DNA from: Mobula hypostoma
Lineage: Eukaryota
DNA: 64,000 nt
Assembly (NCBI RefSeq): GCF_963921235.1
Contig: NC_086097.1
Location: forward strand, 50,284,001 to 50,348,000
Direction of reading: 5' to 3'
The position numbers and the translations under genes were made by a program. Each line of letters starts with the position of its first letter. Position 1 is the stretch's first letter. The notes under the pieces were generated by a model that was not told the DNA's origin, ran no database searches, and saw nothing but the letters and a program-made list of their open reading frames with translations. Below, piece by piece: positions 51,060 through 63,422 of the stretch.

Positions 51060-53122
51060 GAAGAGTTCAATCTAATTGACAGGGGGATGGGAATTGGAGT
51101 GATAGGACTGAGAGTGGGGCAATTGGTGTACACTTTGATCTGGAAATTAGACCAATAAACCATAACACACAGGAACAGTATTAGGCCATTTGGCCCATCG
51201 AGTCTGCTCTGCCATTCTAGTCTTTTCAAAATGAATGCTAACATTGCATTTGCCTTCCTTACCATTACTTGCCAACCTGCAAGTTAACCTTGAGGGAATA
51301 CTGAACAAGGGCATGCAAGTCCCTTTGCATCTTTGAATTTTGAATTTTCTCCCCATTTAGAAAACAGTCCATGCCTTTATTCTTCCTACCAAAGTGCAAG
51401 GCTATACACTTCCGTACACTGTGTTCTATCTGCCACTTCTTTCCACATTCTCCTAATCTGTCTGTCCTTCTGCAGACTTCCCGCTTCCTCAATTCTATCT
51501 GCCTTCCACTTGTCTTTGTAGAACCTGGGGGCCACAAAGCCATCAACTCTATCATCCAAATCATTAACATATAACGTGAACAACAGTCACAATACCAACC
51601 CCTGTGGAACACCACTTGTCACTGGCTGCCAATCAGAATAGGCCCCCTTTAATCAAACTCTCTCTCTCCTGACAGTTAGCCAATCTTCTAGCCATACTAG
51701 TATCTTTCCTGTGATACCATGGACATTAGTTTAGCAGCCTCATTTGCAGCACCTTGTGAAAGGCTTCTAAAAATCCAAATGAACAATATCATCCACCTAC
51801 TCTCCTTTGTCTGTCATGCCTGTATCCTCAAAGAATTCCAACAGATTTGTCAGGCAAGATTACCCCTTAGTGCTGACTTTGGCCTATTTTATCATACGCC
51901 TCCAAGTACCCCAAAACCACATCCTTAATAATGTACGCCAACATCTTACCAACCATTGAAGTCAGGCTAATTAGCATATAATTTCTTTTCTTCGTCCTCG
52001 CTCCCTTCTTAAAGAGTGGGGTGACATTTGCAATTTTTCATTCCTCTGGAAAAATTCCAGAATCTAGTGATTTTAGAAAGATCATTACTAATCCTTCCAC
52101 AATGTCTTAAGCTACCTCATTCAGACCTTTTCAGCTTCTAAAGCACTTCTTCCTTGGTAATAGCAAATACTCATTTCTGCTCCCTGACACTCGAGAATTT
52201 CTGGCATAGTGCTGGTGTCTTCCACGGTGAAGACTGATGCAAAATACTTAATGTTCGCCCATTATTTCTTCGTCCCCATTACTACTTCTCCAACATCATT
52301 TTCCAATGGTCCCTTTATATGTAGTCTTTATATGTCTGAAAATCTTTTGATATCTTCTGTTATATTGTTGGTTAGTTTACCTTCATACGTTATCTTTTCT
52401 CTCCTTATGTCTTCTTAGTTGCCTTCTGTTGGTTTTTAAAAGCTTCCCACTCCTCAAACTTCCCACTAATTTTTGCTATATTAGATAGCCTCTTTTTAGT
52501 TTTAATGCTGTCTTTAACTTTTCTTATCATCCTCCCTATGGAATACTTTCACTTCTTTAGGATGTATCTATCTTGCACTTCCAGAATTGCTCCCAGAAAT
52601 TCGAGCTACTGCTGCTCTGCCATCATCCCTGCAGGTGTCCCCTTCCCATCAGCTTTGGCCAGCTCCTCTCTCATGCCTCTGTAATTCCCTTTACTTCACT
52701 GTAATACTGTTAATCTGATTTTAGTTCTTCCTCTCAAACTGCAGCATGAATTATATGATATTATATGATCACCATCTCCTAGGAGTTTCCTTACCTTAAA
52801 CTTCCCAATCAAATTCGGCTCATTGCACAATACCCAATCTAAAATTGCCTTTTCCCTAGTGGGCTCAACCACATACTGCTCTAAAAAGCCATCTCATTGG
52901 GATTCCACAAATCTCCTCACTTGGGATACTGGACCAGCTTGATTTTCCCAGGATTTTGCATATTGAAATCCCCCCATGACTATCATAATGCTGCCCTTTT
53001 TTTTAACATGTCTTCTCTATCTTCTATTGTAATTTCTACCCCACATCCTGGTTACTATTCAGAGGCCTGTATATAACTCTCATCAGAGTCTAATTTTTAC
53101 CCTTGCAGTTCCTTAACTCTAC
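51060..53122 (-). mobile_element. Older, decayed CR1 LINE
   Basis: Fragmentary RT/EN peptides (VRKANAMLAFI, LYVNDLDD, GDF) on the minus strand. Confidence 0.8.
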
Positions 53123-55020
53123 CCATAAGACCATAAGATATAGGAGCAGAAGTGGGCCATTCAGCCTATCGAGTCTGCTCCGCCATTCAATCATGGGCTG
53201 ATCCAATTCTTCCAGTCATCCCCACACCCCTGCCTTCGCCCCATACCCTTTGATGCCCTGGCTAATCAAGAACCTATCTATCTCTGCCTTAAATACACCC
53301 AATGACTTGGCCTCCACAGCCACTTGTGGCAACAAATTCCACAGATTTACCACCCTCTGACTAAAGTAATTTCTCTGCAACTCTGTTCTAAATGAACGTC
53401 CTTCAATTCTGAAGTCGTGCCCTCTTGTCCTAGAATCCCCTACCATGGGAAATAATATTGCCATATCTAATCTGTTCAGGCCTTTTAACATTCAGAATAT
53501 TTCTATGAAATCCGCCCCCCCATCATTCTCCTGAACTAAAGGGAATACAGCCCAAGAGCTGCCAGACATTCCTCATACGATAACCCTTTCATTCCTGCAA
53601 TCATTCTTGTGAATCTTCTCTGAACCCTCTCCAAAGTCAGTATATCCTTTCTAAAATAAGGAGCCCAAAACTGCACAAAATACTCCAAGTGTGGTTTCAC
53701 GAGTGCCTTATAGAGCCTCAACATCACATCCTGGCTGTTATATTCTATACCTCTAGAAATGAATGCCAACATTGTATTCGCCTTCTTCACAACCGACTCA
53801 ACCTCCAGATTAACCTTTAGGGTATACTGCACAAGGACTCCCAAGTCTCTTTTACATCTCTGCATTTTGAACTCTCTCCTCATCTAAATAATAGTCTGCC
53901 TGTTTATTTCTTCCACCAAAGTGCATGACCATACACTTTCCAGCATTGTATTTCATTTGCCACTTCTTTGCCCATTCCCCTGAGCTATCTTAGTCTCTCT
54001 GCAGGCTGTCTGTTTCCTCCACCTATCTTTGTATCATCAGCAAATTTAGTCACAAATCCATTAATCCCATAGTCCTAATCATTGACATATGTTGTAAAAA
54101 GTAACGGTCCCAACACCGACCCCTGTGGAACTCCACTAGCAACTGACAGCTACTTTCTGTTTTCTGCCTACCAGCCAATGCTCCACCCATGCTAGTAACT
54201 TCCCTGTAATTCCATGGGCTCTTACCTTGCTAAGCAGCCTCATGTGTGGCACCTTGTCAAAGGCGTTCTGAAAATCCAAGTACACCAGGTCTACTACATC
54301 TCCTTTGTCTACCCTGCTTGTAATTTCCTCAAAGAATTGCAATAGGTTTGTCAGGTAGGATTTTCCTTTCAGGAAACCATGCTGGCTTTGGCCCATCTTG
54401 TCATGTGCCTCCGGGTACTCTGTAATCTCACCCCTAACAATCGATTCCAACAACTTTCCAAGCACTGATGTCAGGCTAACAGGTCTATAGTTTCCTTTCT
54501 GCTGCCTCCCACCCTTCTTGAATAGCGGAGTAACATTTGCAATTTTCCGGTCATCCTGTACAATGCCAGAATCTATCAATTCTTGAAAGATCATTGTTAA
54601 TGCCTTCGCAATCTCTCCAGCTACTTCCTTCAGAACCCGGGGGTGCATTCCATCAGGTCCAGGAGACTTATCCACCCTCAGACCATTAAGCTTCCCGAGC
54701 ACCTTCTCAGTCGTAATTTTCACTGCACAAACCTCACTTCCCTGACACTCTTGAATGTCCGATATACCGCAGACATCTTCCACTGTGAAGACTGATGCAA
54801 AATACGCATTCAGTTCCTCTACCGTCTCTGCATCTCTCATTACAATATCTCCAGCGTCATTTTGTATTGGTCCTATATCTACCCTTGACCCTTTTACCCT
54901 TTATATACTTAAAAAAGCTTTTAGTATCTTCTTTGATATTAATCACCAGCTTCCTCTCATAATTCATCTTTTCCTTCCGAATGACCTCCTTAGTTTCCTT
55001 CTGCAATTTTTAAAAGCTCC
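53123..55020 (-). mobile_element. 5'-truncated CR1 LINE, same subfamily as 38168-42468
   Basis: ORFs 54136-54840, 53536-53883 and 53216-53491 nearly match the peptides of the + strand copy; (ccataaga)2 tail. Confidence 0.95.
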
Positions 55021-55239
55021 CCGATCCTCTATCCGCAAAGATTCTACTTATTCCTATCTTATGTCACCTCTTTCTGCATCATCTGCAAAACAAAATTGCT
55101 CCTACACACCTAAGGTTTCCATTCATTTCAAATCCGGTAAGTATGTCTGCTCACTTGAGATTTTCCATTAGTGGAAACAGTTCAATATTTGCCCTTTCAT
55201 GCAAATATGTTTCAATAAACTCACACATCTCTATCTCTG

Positions 55240-55670
55240 ATTTCTCTAACTTCTGATGATTTTCCCTCTCACCCTTCTTCTTCAATTCCCTACTCTGGCT
55301 TCCCTCTTACCTCTTCCTTTCTCCTCACCTGCCTATTTCCTCATCCTGGTGCCCCTCCTTCTTCCCTTTCTCCTATGATCCACTCTCCTCTCCTGTCAGA
55401 TTCCTTCATCTCCAGCCTTTTACCTTTTCTGCCTATCACCTCCGAGCTGCTTATTTCACCCTCACCCACCTGGCTTCATCTATCACCTCTGGGCTTGTAT
55501 TCCTTCCTCTCTCCTCACCCTCTTAATCTGGCTTCTTTCTGCTTCCTTTCCTGGCCTGATTAAGGGTCTCAGCCCAAAATATTGACTTTAATCATTTCCA
55601 TAGATGCTGCCTGACCTGCTGAGTTCCTCTAGCATTTTGTGTGTATTACTCTCGATCGCCAGAATCTCTT
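55240..55670 (+). mobile_element. Old Penelope pLTR remnant
   Basis: Pyrimidine-rich pLTR body, decayed hammerhead ctgattaagggtctcagcccaaaatattgact, then agatgctgcctgacctgctgagttcctc. Confidence 0.7.
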
Positions 55671-56775
55671 GTTTATAACTAATTTTTGGCTGAGTCTGTG
55701 GCAGCAATGGTGTCATAAATCCAATTCCTAATGCAAGCTTTGTTGCATATTTGGTCACAAAGAGACTTAACGTGTTGCCCAATCCAGTACTGACCAGAGG
55801 TGAGAGTCTGTCTTATTGTTGTCACATGCACTCAGCTACAGAGAAAGACTTTGTTTTGCATGCCACTCAAACAGGTAACTTTGTCACACAAGTACATCAA
55901 AGTGCAATACAGAAAGCAGAATATAGTGTTACAGAGAAAGTGCGATGGGAGTACACCCTGAGGTGCAAGGTACAAGGCCGATCGTGAGGTCAAAAATCTA
56001 TCTTATGAAGGAGGTCTGTTCAGTAGTCTTTTAACAGCAGGATAACAGCTCTCCTTGAGCCTATGTTTGTTTTAAAATGCTAAGTAGAAATTCCTGTGTA
56101 ATTTTAGTAAGGTTCAGCGAGTAATTGCTTACATGGTAGCTGGTACTATGAGACGAAGAGAAAATAAAGAGTCAAGTAGTGAAACACTAGGCAATCTGGA
56201 ATCTCAAAAAGAAACAAAATGCTAGAAATAATTCAATAAGTCTGACAGCCTCTGCAGCAGGAGAGCAGATAATGTTTCAGATTGGGAATCTTTCATCAGA
56301 AGGGGATTCCTAACACGGAAAGAATCTGGTGTCTGTTCCCACCTACCTTATTCAGCTTGCTATTTTGAGTATACAAGTTGCTTCACTGCTTTATGGACTG
56401 TTTAGCAACCTGTACTTATTGATTTTTAATGGATCAGGATCTGCATTCTGGTAAGATTAAAAATGGCAGATTTCTTTTAGTTTATTTCTTGACAATTGAT
56501 ATAATAAATGCTTTCCACAGGCTATAAATCCTCATTAAGATGAAATCTTACCCATTAAGAAGGAAACATCCCTTCACGAGAATGTGAATTGGTGATTTTT
56601 AATTTAGAAAGCGGTAATAAGTGTTCACTTGGGAAATTCAACCTGTTTCACACATGAATTGCCATATCTGATCAAATTTGTAATTCAGTATTTTGTTAAA
56701 ACCAATGCTTCAGTAATGTATTTTGTAATCCCTTCATCTAAAAATCCTACCAGTTTTTATTCTGTTTGATTACAG

Positions 56776-56913
56776 ATCTCTGTAATGCCACCCCAAAGAG
56801 TCAGCCATGGTTTCGGTCATCGGTTGGAGACTGCGTTTGTGCAGTGGATGCAGATGAATGGAAATCGAGCTTTAAAAATCCCAAAGATCAAAAGACATTC
56901 ATGGTTTATGTGA
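56776..56913 (+). CDS. CLBA1: CLBA1-like terminal coding exon 5 (ISVMPPQR...GNRALKIPKIKRHSWFM*)
   Basis: ttttattctgtttgattacag| acceptor, phase 0, TGA at 56911-56913, followed by AT-rich 3'UTR-like sequence. Basic C-terminus as in CLBA1. Confidence 0.7.
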   Translation: MSVMPPQRVSHGFGHRLETAFVQWMQMNGNRALKIPKIKRHSWFM

Positions 56914-58384
56914 TAAAATATTTAAATCAAGTGTGCTTAGATTTTTTTTTCTAGTTGTTCAGTTTCATTTCAAATGTTTACCTACATTTGTCACTTTTTC
57001 ATATAAAGCTTCATATTTTAATTAAATATTTCAAAGTAACTTTTGGAATTTAGTTATAGCACATGTTTTAAAGCAAATATTTAACAGATTGTTGATAATT
57101 ATATTTAATATTTTTAAAGCACTGTCATTCTCAGAATTTGGATTACACAAACACGGTCGTCCTGTTTTTTCCAATTCCCTGCTTTGCTGAAAGATGCAAA
57201 CATTGATTTTATGGCTGACTGATCTACCAGGCCTCTGCTAAGGGCATTTTGGCAATACCGTGCAACCTTCAACCCTCACCACAGCCACCCCGCCTTCTAA
57301 TAATTCTTGAGCTCATTAAGAGCGTGCGCGTGTGTGTGTCTATGCTTGTGTCTCTGTGCATATAATGCACCTGTTTAAAGTGCCTCTACAAAAACAATCT
57401 GATATAAATTCTTCTGCTTGCCACTGACCAAACATCATTCCCTGAAGACTACTTGTAAGCTAGTCAGATTTTCCCATATTCAGCAGCTGATTGGCCAGTT
57501 AAAGTTGTGCTGAATTCCAGGTTTTTAACCACTGGATTTAACAGTCATCGGTGGGATTTGAATGTGAGTTTGCTGTGTTCCAAATTGATCTTTGGAATTC
57601 CTAAACTACTATATCCCCTTATGTTTTGGGGCTTAAGTTTATGTATGACTACTATGACAGTTTTACCGTGGAGATTTATAGTTATTCTGCATCAATACAA
57701 AACTAGCAATATTACTCAGGAGAACACCAAGCACAAGACTGTGAAATTACATGGTTCCTTCTGACAACTATAGGGTGCAGGAATTGGGAGTTGTTAGAAG
57801 TTGGTATGATTGTTGTGGAGTTACCATGTGGTATAATACTATCCTTAACAGACTCAAGTGGAAGTTTATTCTTTTATCATGTTATATATTTGTAAATGCT
57901 CAAAATATAAAGGCTTCAAATAGTGATGTTACTTTATACAAACTGTTTGTAAATATAATGTGATGTCATTGTACAGCAGGAATATGTCTGGTAGGCTTTA
58001 TTGAATGTGCATTGTTGGATGCCACAATTTTTGGTTGGCATCTCTTGCTATATTTGTTACAATACTTATTTCTGTTTTATTTTTAATATAAGTGATGATG
58101 GAATATTTTTGGTTCCAGCTACATTGATTTAAATTTCATCTTCACTTATAACTTTAGCTGTATTCAGAAATTGATGGGCTGAATGGCCTAATTCTGCTCC
58201 TGTGTCTTATGGTCTAATACTTGCTATCCACACATTTTAATTATCAACTTATTAAGTTTCTATCCTAGAAATTTAATAAAATCTTAATTATTTTTGTATA
58301 ATATCAGGTCTTTTCTGTAATTGTATTTTTTCGTATTTCTAGCACAAGTTATGACTGTCGGAGGTTTTTACCTTGGCACGGAGA

Positions 58385-58572
58385 CACAAGACAGCAGACG
58401 CTGAAATCTGGAGCAACAAATAATGTGCTGGAAGAACTCAGCTGATCGAGCAGCATCTGCTAGAGGGAATAGGAGGGGGCACTGGCAATTTCTTCATCTC
58501 CCATCTCCTCCACTCTGCGGAGATGCTACTCGATCTGCTGAGTTCTTCCAGCAGATTATTTGTTACTTTGTT
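58385..58572. repeat. Palindromic mini-element made of two inverted pLTR-type termini
   Basis: agcaacaaataatgtgctggaagaactcagctgatcgagcagcatct ... agatgctactcgatctgctgagttcttccagcagattatttgttact (~47-bp imperfect inverted repeat). Confidence 0.75.
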
Positions 58573-58599
58573 TTTAAGATTCATTCAAGAGACTTGGGT

Positions 58600-59260
58600 T
58601 TTACAGTTTGAGCCTGCTTTTTATTGCCCATCCCTAGTTGCCCTGGAGGAGATAGTGGGTGAGCTGCTGTAGTCCTTGAGGTGTGGTATTCCCACAATGA
58701 GTTCCAAGAATTTCACTCTGCAACAGCGAAGGAACAGTGATACACTTCTAAGTCAAGATGGGTTGTTGCCTGCAGGGCAGCTTCCAAATTGTGGCATTCA
58801 GATGCTTTTGCCGTCCTGGTCCTAGCGTTTGGAAGGTGAGGTCCAAGGAGTGTTGGTGATTTGCTGCAGATGGGACAAACTGCTGCTATTGTGTGTTGAT
58901 GGAGTGAGCAAATGGTTCTGGATGAGGTGTCTATGTGCTAGCTGCTCATGAGTGTCACTGAAGCTGCACTCATCCAGGCAAATAGGGGCTATTCCATCAC
59001 ACTCCCGACTTAAGCTTTGTAATGTTGGACAGGCTTTGAGGAACTAGCTGCAGGACTCCAAGTCTCTGACCTGCTTATGGAGCCAATTGTGTGTAATGTA
59101 TTCCAGTTCAATTTTATGTCAATGGTAACTCACTCCCTCAAACCCACCAGATTTTAGTGGGTGATTCAGTGATGGTAATGTTGATAGCTTGGATTTTCTC
59201 TTCTTGAATGTTGTCATTTCGAAAGTACTTTTTTTCTGCATATACCCACATACTGGTAAA
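58600..59260 (-). mobile_element. Ancient LINE 3' region (family not determined)
   Basis: tttattgcccatccctagttgccctggaggag motif recurring at ~7650, ~35720, ~45620 (opposite strand) and ~48810. Confidence 0.55.
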
Positions 59261-59274
59261 TAGGAAATTAATAA

Positions 59275-60370
59275 CTGCAGAAGCTTCTGCGGATGCTGGA
59301 CATCCAGAGCACCACACACAAAATGGAAGAACTCAGCAGGCGAGGCATCTATGGAAATGAATAAGCAGTCAGCGTTTCAGGCCAGGACCCTTCATCAGGA
59401 CTGGAAAGAAGGAGGGAAGATGTCAGAGCGGAGGGGAGGAAGACTAGCTAGAAGGTGATAGGTGAAGCCAGGTGGGGGAGGGGGATGAGCTGTTAGGGAC
59501 TGGGCTGGGGAAGGAGAGATCTGATAGGAGAGGTGAATGGACTGTAGGAGGAGGGGCACCATGGGGAAGATGATAGGCAGGTGAAGAGAAGAGGTAAGTG
59601 GAAAATAGAAGAGGGAAGGGGGAGGGAAAGAATCTTACCAGAAGGAGGAATTGATGTTCATGCATTAGGTTGGAGGCTACCTGGATGGAATGAGATGCTG
59701 CTCCTCCACCTGAGAGTGACCTCATCGTGGCTGAAGAGGAAATTGTGGACCAACATTTCAGAACAAGAATGGGGACAGGAATTAAAATGGTTGGCGACTG
59801 GGAACTTCCATTCTTTGTGGCATGTTAGAGGTCAGTCCACCACACTAGAATAGCACCTCCTTTGTCTTCTGCGGACTTGATGGTGAGGTTGAGATTGGTG
59901 CAGAGAGAGTGGAGGGCAGTACTTGCACAGGGTGTAAGAAGAACTTGGTGTCGTGCTGATCGTGAAACTTGCTGCGCTGTGGACAAATGAGGACAAAGGT
60001 AAGGCTCTTACTGGGGACAGAACATTCCACCTCAGAGGGGAAGGTCAGAGGGAATGGAGAAGACACAGCAGGAATTAAAGCTGAGAACATGGGGGGAGGA
60101 GAGTTGGTGGCGTCAGAGGAGGAGGGAGTGTTGGGGTATTTGGGGAAGATGAGGTGGGAAGAAGATGGAGCTGCTGAGGATCCAAAAAGTGGTGGTGGGG
60201 AGCCTGAGGTGCCTGGTGTTTGGGGTGTGGTGGTAGGGGAAGTGGAGCACGGGAACGCTGCAGCAACAGGGAAGGTCTTGGCTGGAGGTGGAGGTGACCG
60301 AGATCAGGGCTAGAGCTGGAGGCTGCATAATTCACAGTCTGAAGGCGTCAGGGGTTATAGGACTTCCTTA
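59275..60370 (-). mobile_element. Older internally deleted Penelope element
   Basis: pLTR with hammerhead-like core (59367-59402) and GIY-YIG remnant homologous to 31690-31870. Confidence 0.75.
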
Positions 60371-60807
60371 GACCACAAAATCAACCTGGAAAGTCATAAG
60401 CACATGACTTTGTGCAAGGTAAAGTGCTGTGTGGCCACTGCCTGTGACAGCAGAATGACTGTTCTGTCATCCAACCATTGTGTCACCTGACTTGGGAATG
60501 ATGGAGTGTGGCTGCATGATGATGGTCTCACCCCACTACTACTGCATAATCCTTCCCGGCTTTAATGTGCAGATGGTTTCAAATACATATCTTTTCAACA
60601 TGAGCATACATTTGTGCCTTGATCCTTTCAGATTCCAGAAATCTATACTGATATAGATTGTCAGGTGTGCATTGCCCTGCAACAATGGGAGACGCAATGA
60701 TTCCAAGAACAAACCACTCGTTTGCTTTCACAATGGAAGCACTTGGCATCTGGGATTTAGTTTTCCATTAATATCAGGATATATATAATAACAGCAAGGT
60801 TGCATAT

Positions 60808-61050
60808 ATTGCTTGGGAGTAGGTACAGAGGAGATGTCAGGGGTAAGTTTTTTACGCAGAGAGTGGTGAGTGTGTGGAATGGGCTGCTGGCAACGGTGGT
60901 GGAGGCGGATACGATAGGGTCTTTTAAGAAACTTTTGGATAGGTACATGGAGCTTAGAAAACTAGAGAGCTATGGGTAACCCTAGTAATTTCTAAGGTAA
61001 GGACATGTTTGGCACAACTTTGTGAACTGAAGGGCCTGTATTGTGCTGTA
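60808..61050 (+). mobile_element. CR1 3' end fragment
   Basis: Same family as 3003-3508; (ttctatgt)2 tail. Confidence 0.88.
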
Positions 61051-62055
61051 GGTTTTCTATGTTTCTATGTTTATATTGGCCATTGCCATTTGGAAAAAAG
61101 CAGATGATGTAGAAAGCTACCTTAAATCTCTGGGTCTTTCTAGTTGACAGTCAGGAGATAGAACTAGATAGTCTTCTTAGTTCTGTAGGGATGTTGAATG
61201 CCCATGTATGGGGTGGAAACTTTGAAAAGATGTGGGCATTGCAGAAGAGGTGAGGACCTGTTTCTGATTCCTAATTACTCAGGATTTGTCCTCCTCAATA
61301 GAAGTCGTATGTTTGGAAAATACTGTTTAAATAGCCTAGGTAACATTGGCGGACATTTACTGTTCAGTGTGAATGTGACAAGGAGGTACAAATGCGTGGG
61401 CCAACCAACCTTTTAATCTACTCAAAGATCATTCTAACCCTTTCGTTCTCATTTGTTCATTCAGTGTCGTGTTGTATGAGGTGGGTGATCATGGTCTTTC
61501 CATGACCATGGTTGTTCTTGGCAAATTCTGCAGAAGTGGTTTGCCATTGCCGCCTTCTGGGCAGTGTCTTTACGAGGTGGGGTGACCCCGGCCATTATTA
61601 ATACTCTTCAGAGATTGCCTAGCGTCAGTGGTCACATAACCAGGACTTGTGATAGGCACCAGCTGCTCATACGGCTATCACCACCTACTTCCATGGCTTT
61701 ATGTGACCCTGATCTGGTGGGGGTGGGAGGGGTGTGGGTTAAGCAGCTGTTACACCTTGTCCAAGGGTGACCTGCAGGCTAGCAGAGGGAAGGAGTGCCT
61801 TCCACCTTCTTTGGTAGAATCGAATCTCCACCCAGCCACCCCCACAAAGCCCATAACCCTCCATTTCTCTTACAATCATGAGCCTGGCAAAGAATCTCTT
61901 AAATGTCCCCAATGTATCTGCCTCATCCACCACTCACTGCTGTAAAATAACCTCCCTCTGATATCACCCCGAAACATTCCTCTACTAATTTACCACTCTC
62001 TGTATAGAACATTGAACTCTACAGCCCAGTGCGGTCCTTTTGCCCACAATAGTGA

Positions 62056-62275
62056 TGACACAGTAGCGTAGTGGTTAGCACCATGCCTTACAGTTTGTAC
62101 GTTCTCCCCGCGACTGCGTGGGTTTCCTTTGGGTTCTCTGGCTTCCTCCCACTGTCCAGGGACATACCGGTCGGTGGGCGTGGTTGGTCACTGTAGCTTG
62201 TCCTGTGATTAGGCTAAGATTGGGTCCGAGGTTGCTGGGTGATGCAGCTGGAGGGGCCTATTTCACACTGTATCT
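62056..62275 (+). mobile_element. V-SINE (HE1-like), internally deleted
   Basis: A box tagcgtagtggttagc followed by V-domain tttgtacgttctccccgcgactgcgtgggtttcc...ggcttcctcccac. Confidence 0.75.
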
Positions 62276-62465
62276 CAGAAAAAACAATTGTACTGATCTT
62301 TTAACCTACTCTGAGATCTAAATCTCCCTTTGCTGCCCACTTTTATTTTGTTGCTGCTTGTGTTCTGTACTGTCCTGCCAAGCATTACGGGCATCCTATG
62401 TTGGTGCCGGAAGGAGTGGCGACACTTGCGAGGAAAATTGGCTGTTAACACAAACTCTTTGTGAA

Positions 62466-63422
62466 TTTTTATAAATGACCTGGATGAGGAAGTGGAGAGA
62501 TGGGTTAGTAAGTTTGCTGATGACACAAAGGTTGGAGGTGTTGTGGATAGTGTGGAGGGCTGTCAGAGGTTACAGCGGGACATTGATAGGATGCAAAACT
62601 GGGCTGAGAAGTGGCAGATGGAGTTCCACCCAGATAAGTGTGAGGTGGCTCATTTTGGTAGGTCAAATATGATGGCAGAATATAGTATTAATGGTAAGAC
62701 TCTTGGCAGTGTGGAGGATCAGAGGGATCTTGGGGTCCGAGTCCATAGGACACTCAAAGCTGCTGCACAGGTTGACTCTGTGGTTAAGAAGGCATACGGT
62801 GCATTGGCCTTCATCAATCGTGGGATTGAGTTTAGGAGCCGAGAGGTAATGTTGCAGCTATATAGGACCCTGATCAGACCCCACTTGGAGTACTGTGCTC
62901 AGTTCTGGTTGCCTCACTACAGGAAGGACGTGGAAACCATAGAAAGTGTGTAGAGGAGATTTACAAGGATGTTGCCTGGATTAGGGAGCATGCCTTATGA
63001 TAATAGGTCGAGTGAACTCAGCCTTTTCTCCTTGGAGCAATGGAGGATGAGAGGTGACTTGATAGAGATGTACAAGATAATGAGAGGCATTGATTGTATG
63101 GATAGTCAGAGGCTTTTTCCCAGGGCTGAAATGGCTAGTATGAGCAGGCATAGTTTTAAGGTGCTTGGAAGTAGGTGCAGAGGAAATGTCAGGGGTAAGT
63201 TTTTTTACACAGAGAGTGATGAGTGCGTGGAATGGGCTGCCAGCGGCAGCAGTGGAGGTGGAAATGATAGGGTCTTTTAAGAGACTCCTGGATGGATACA
63301 TGGAGCTTAGAAAAATAGAGGGCTATGGGTAAGCCTAGGTAATTCTAAGGTAAGGACATATTCGGCATGGCTTTGTGGTCCAAAGGGCCTGTATTGTGCT
63401 GTAGGTTTTCTGTATTTCTATG
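62466..63422 (+). mobile_element. 5'-truncated CR1 LINE
   Basis: WVSKFADDTKVGG, RPHLEYCAQFW, MRGDLIEMYKIMRG peptides and ttctatgt-type tail. Confidence 0.93.

Noticed and set aside
59367..59402. Hammerhead copy as an active ribozyme
   Set aside because: Core CUGAUGA/GAAA is intact but the cleavage triplet reads GCU rather than NUH; likely inactive. The same applies to 45916-45951, whose core is CGGACGA.
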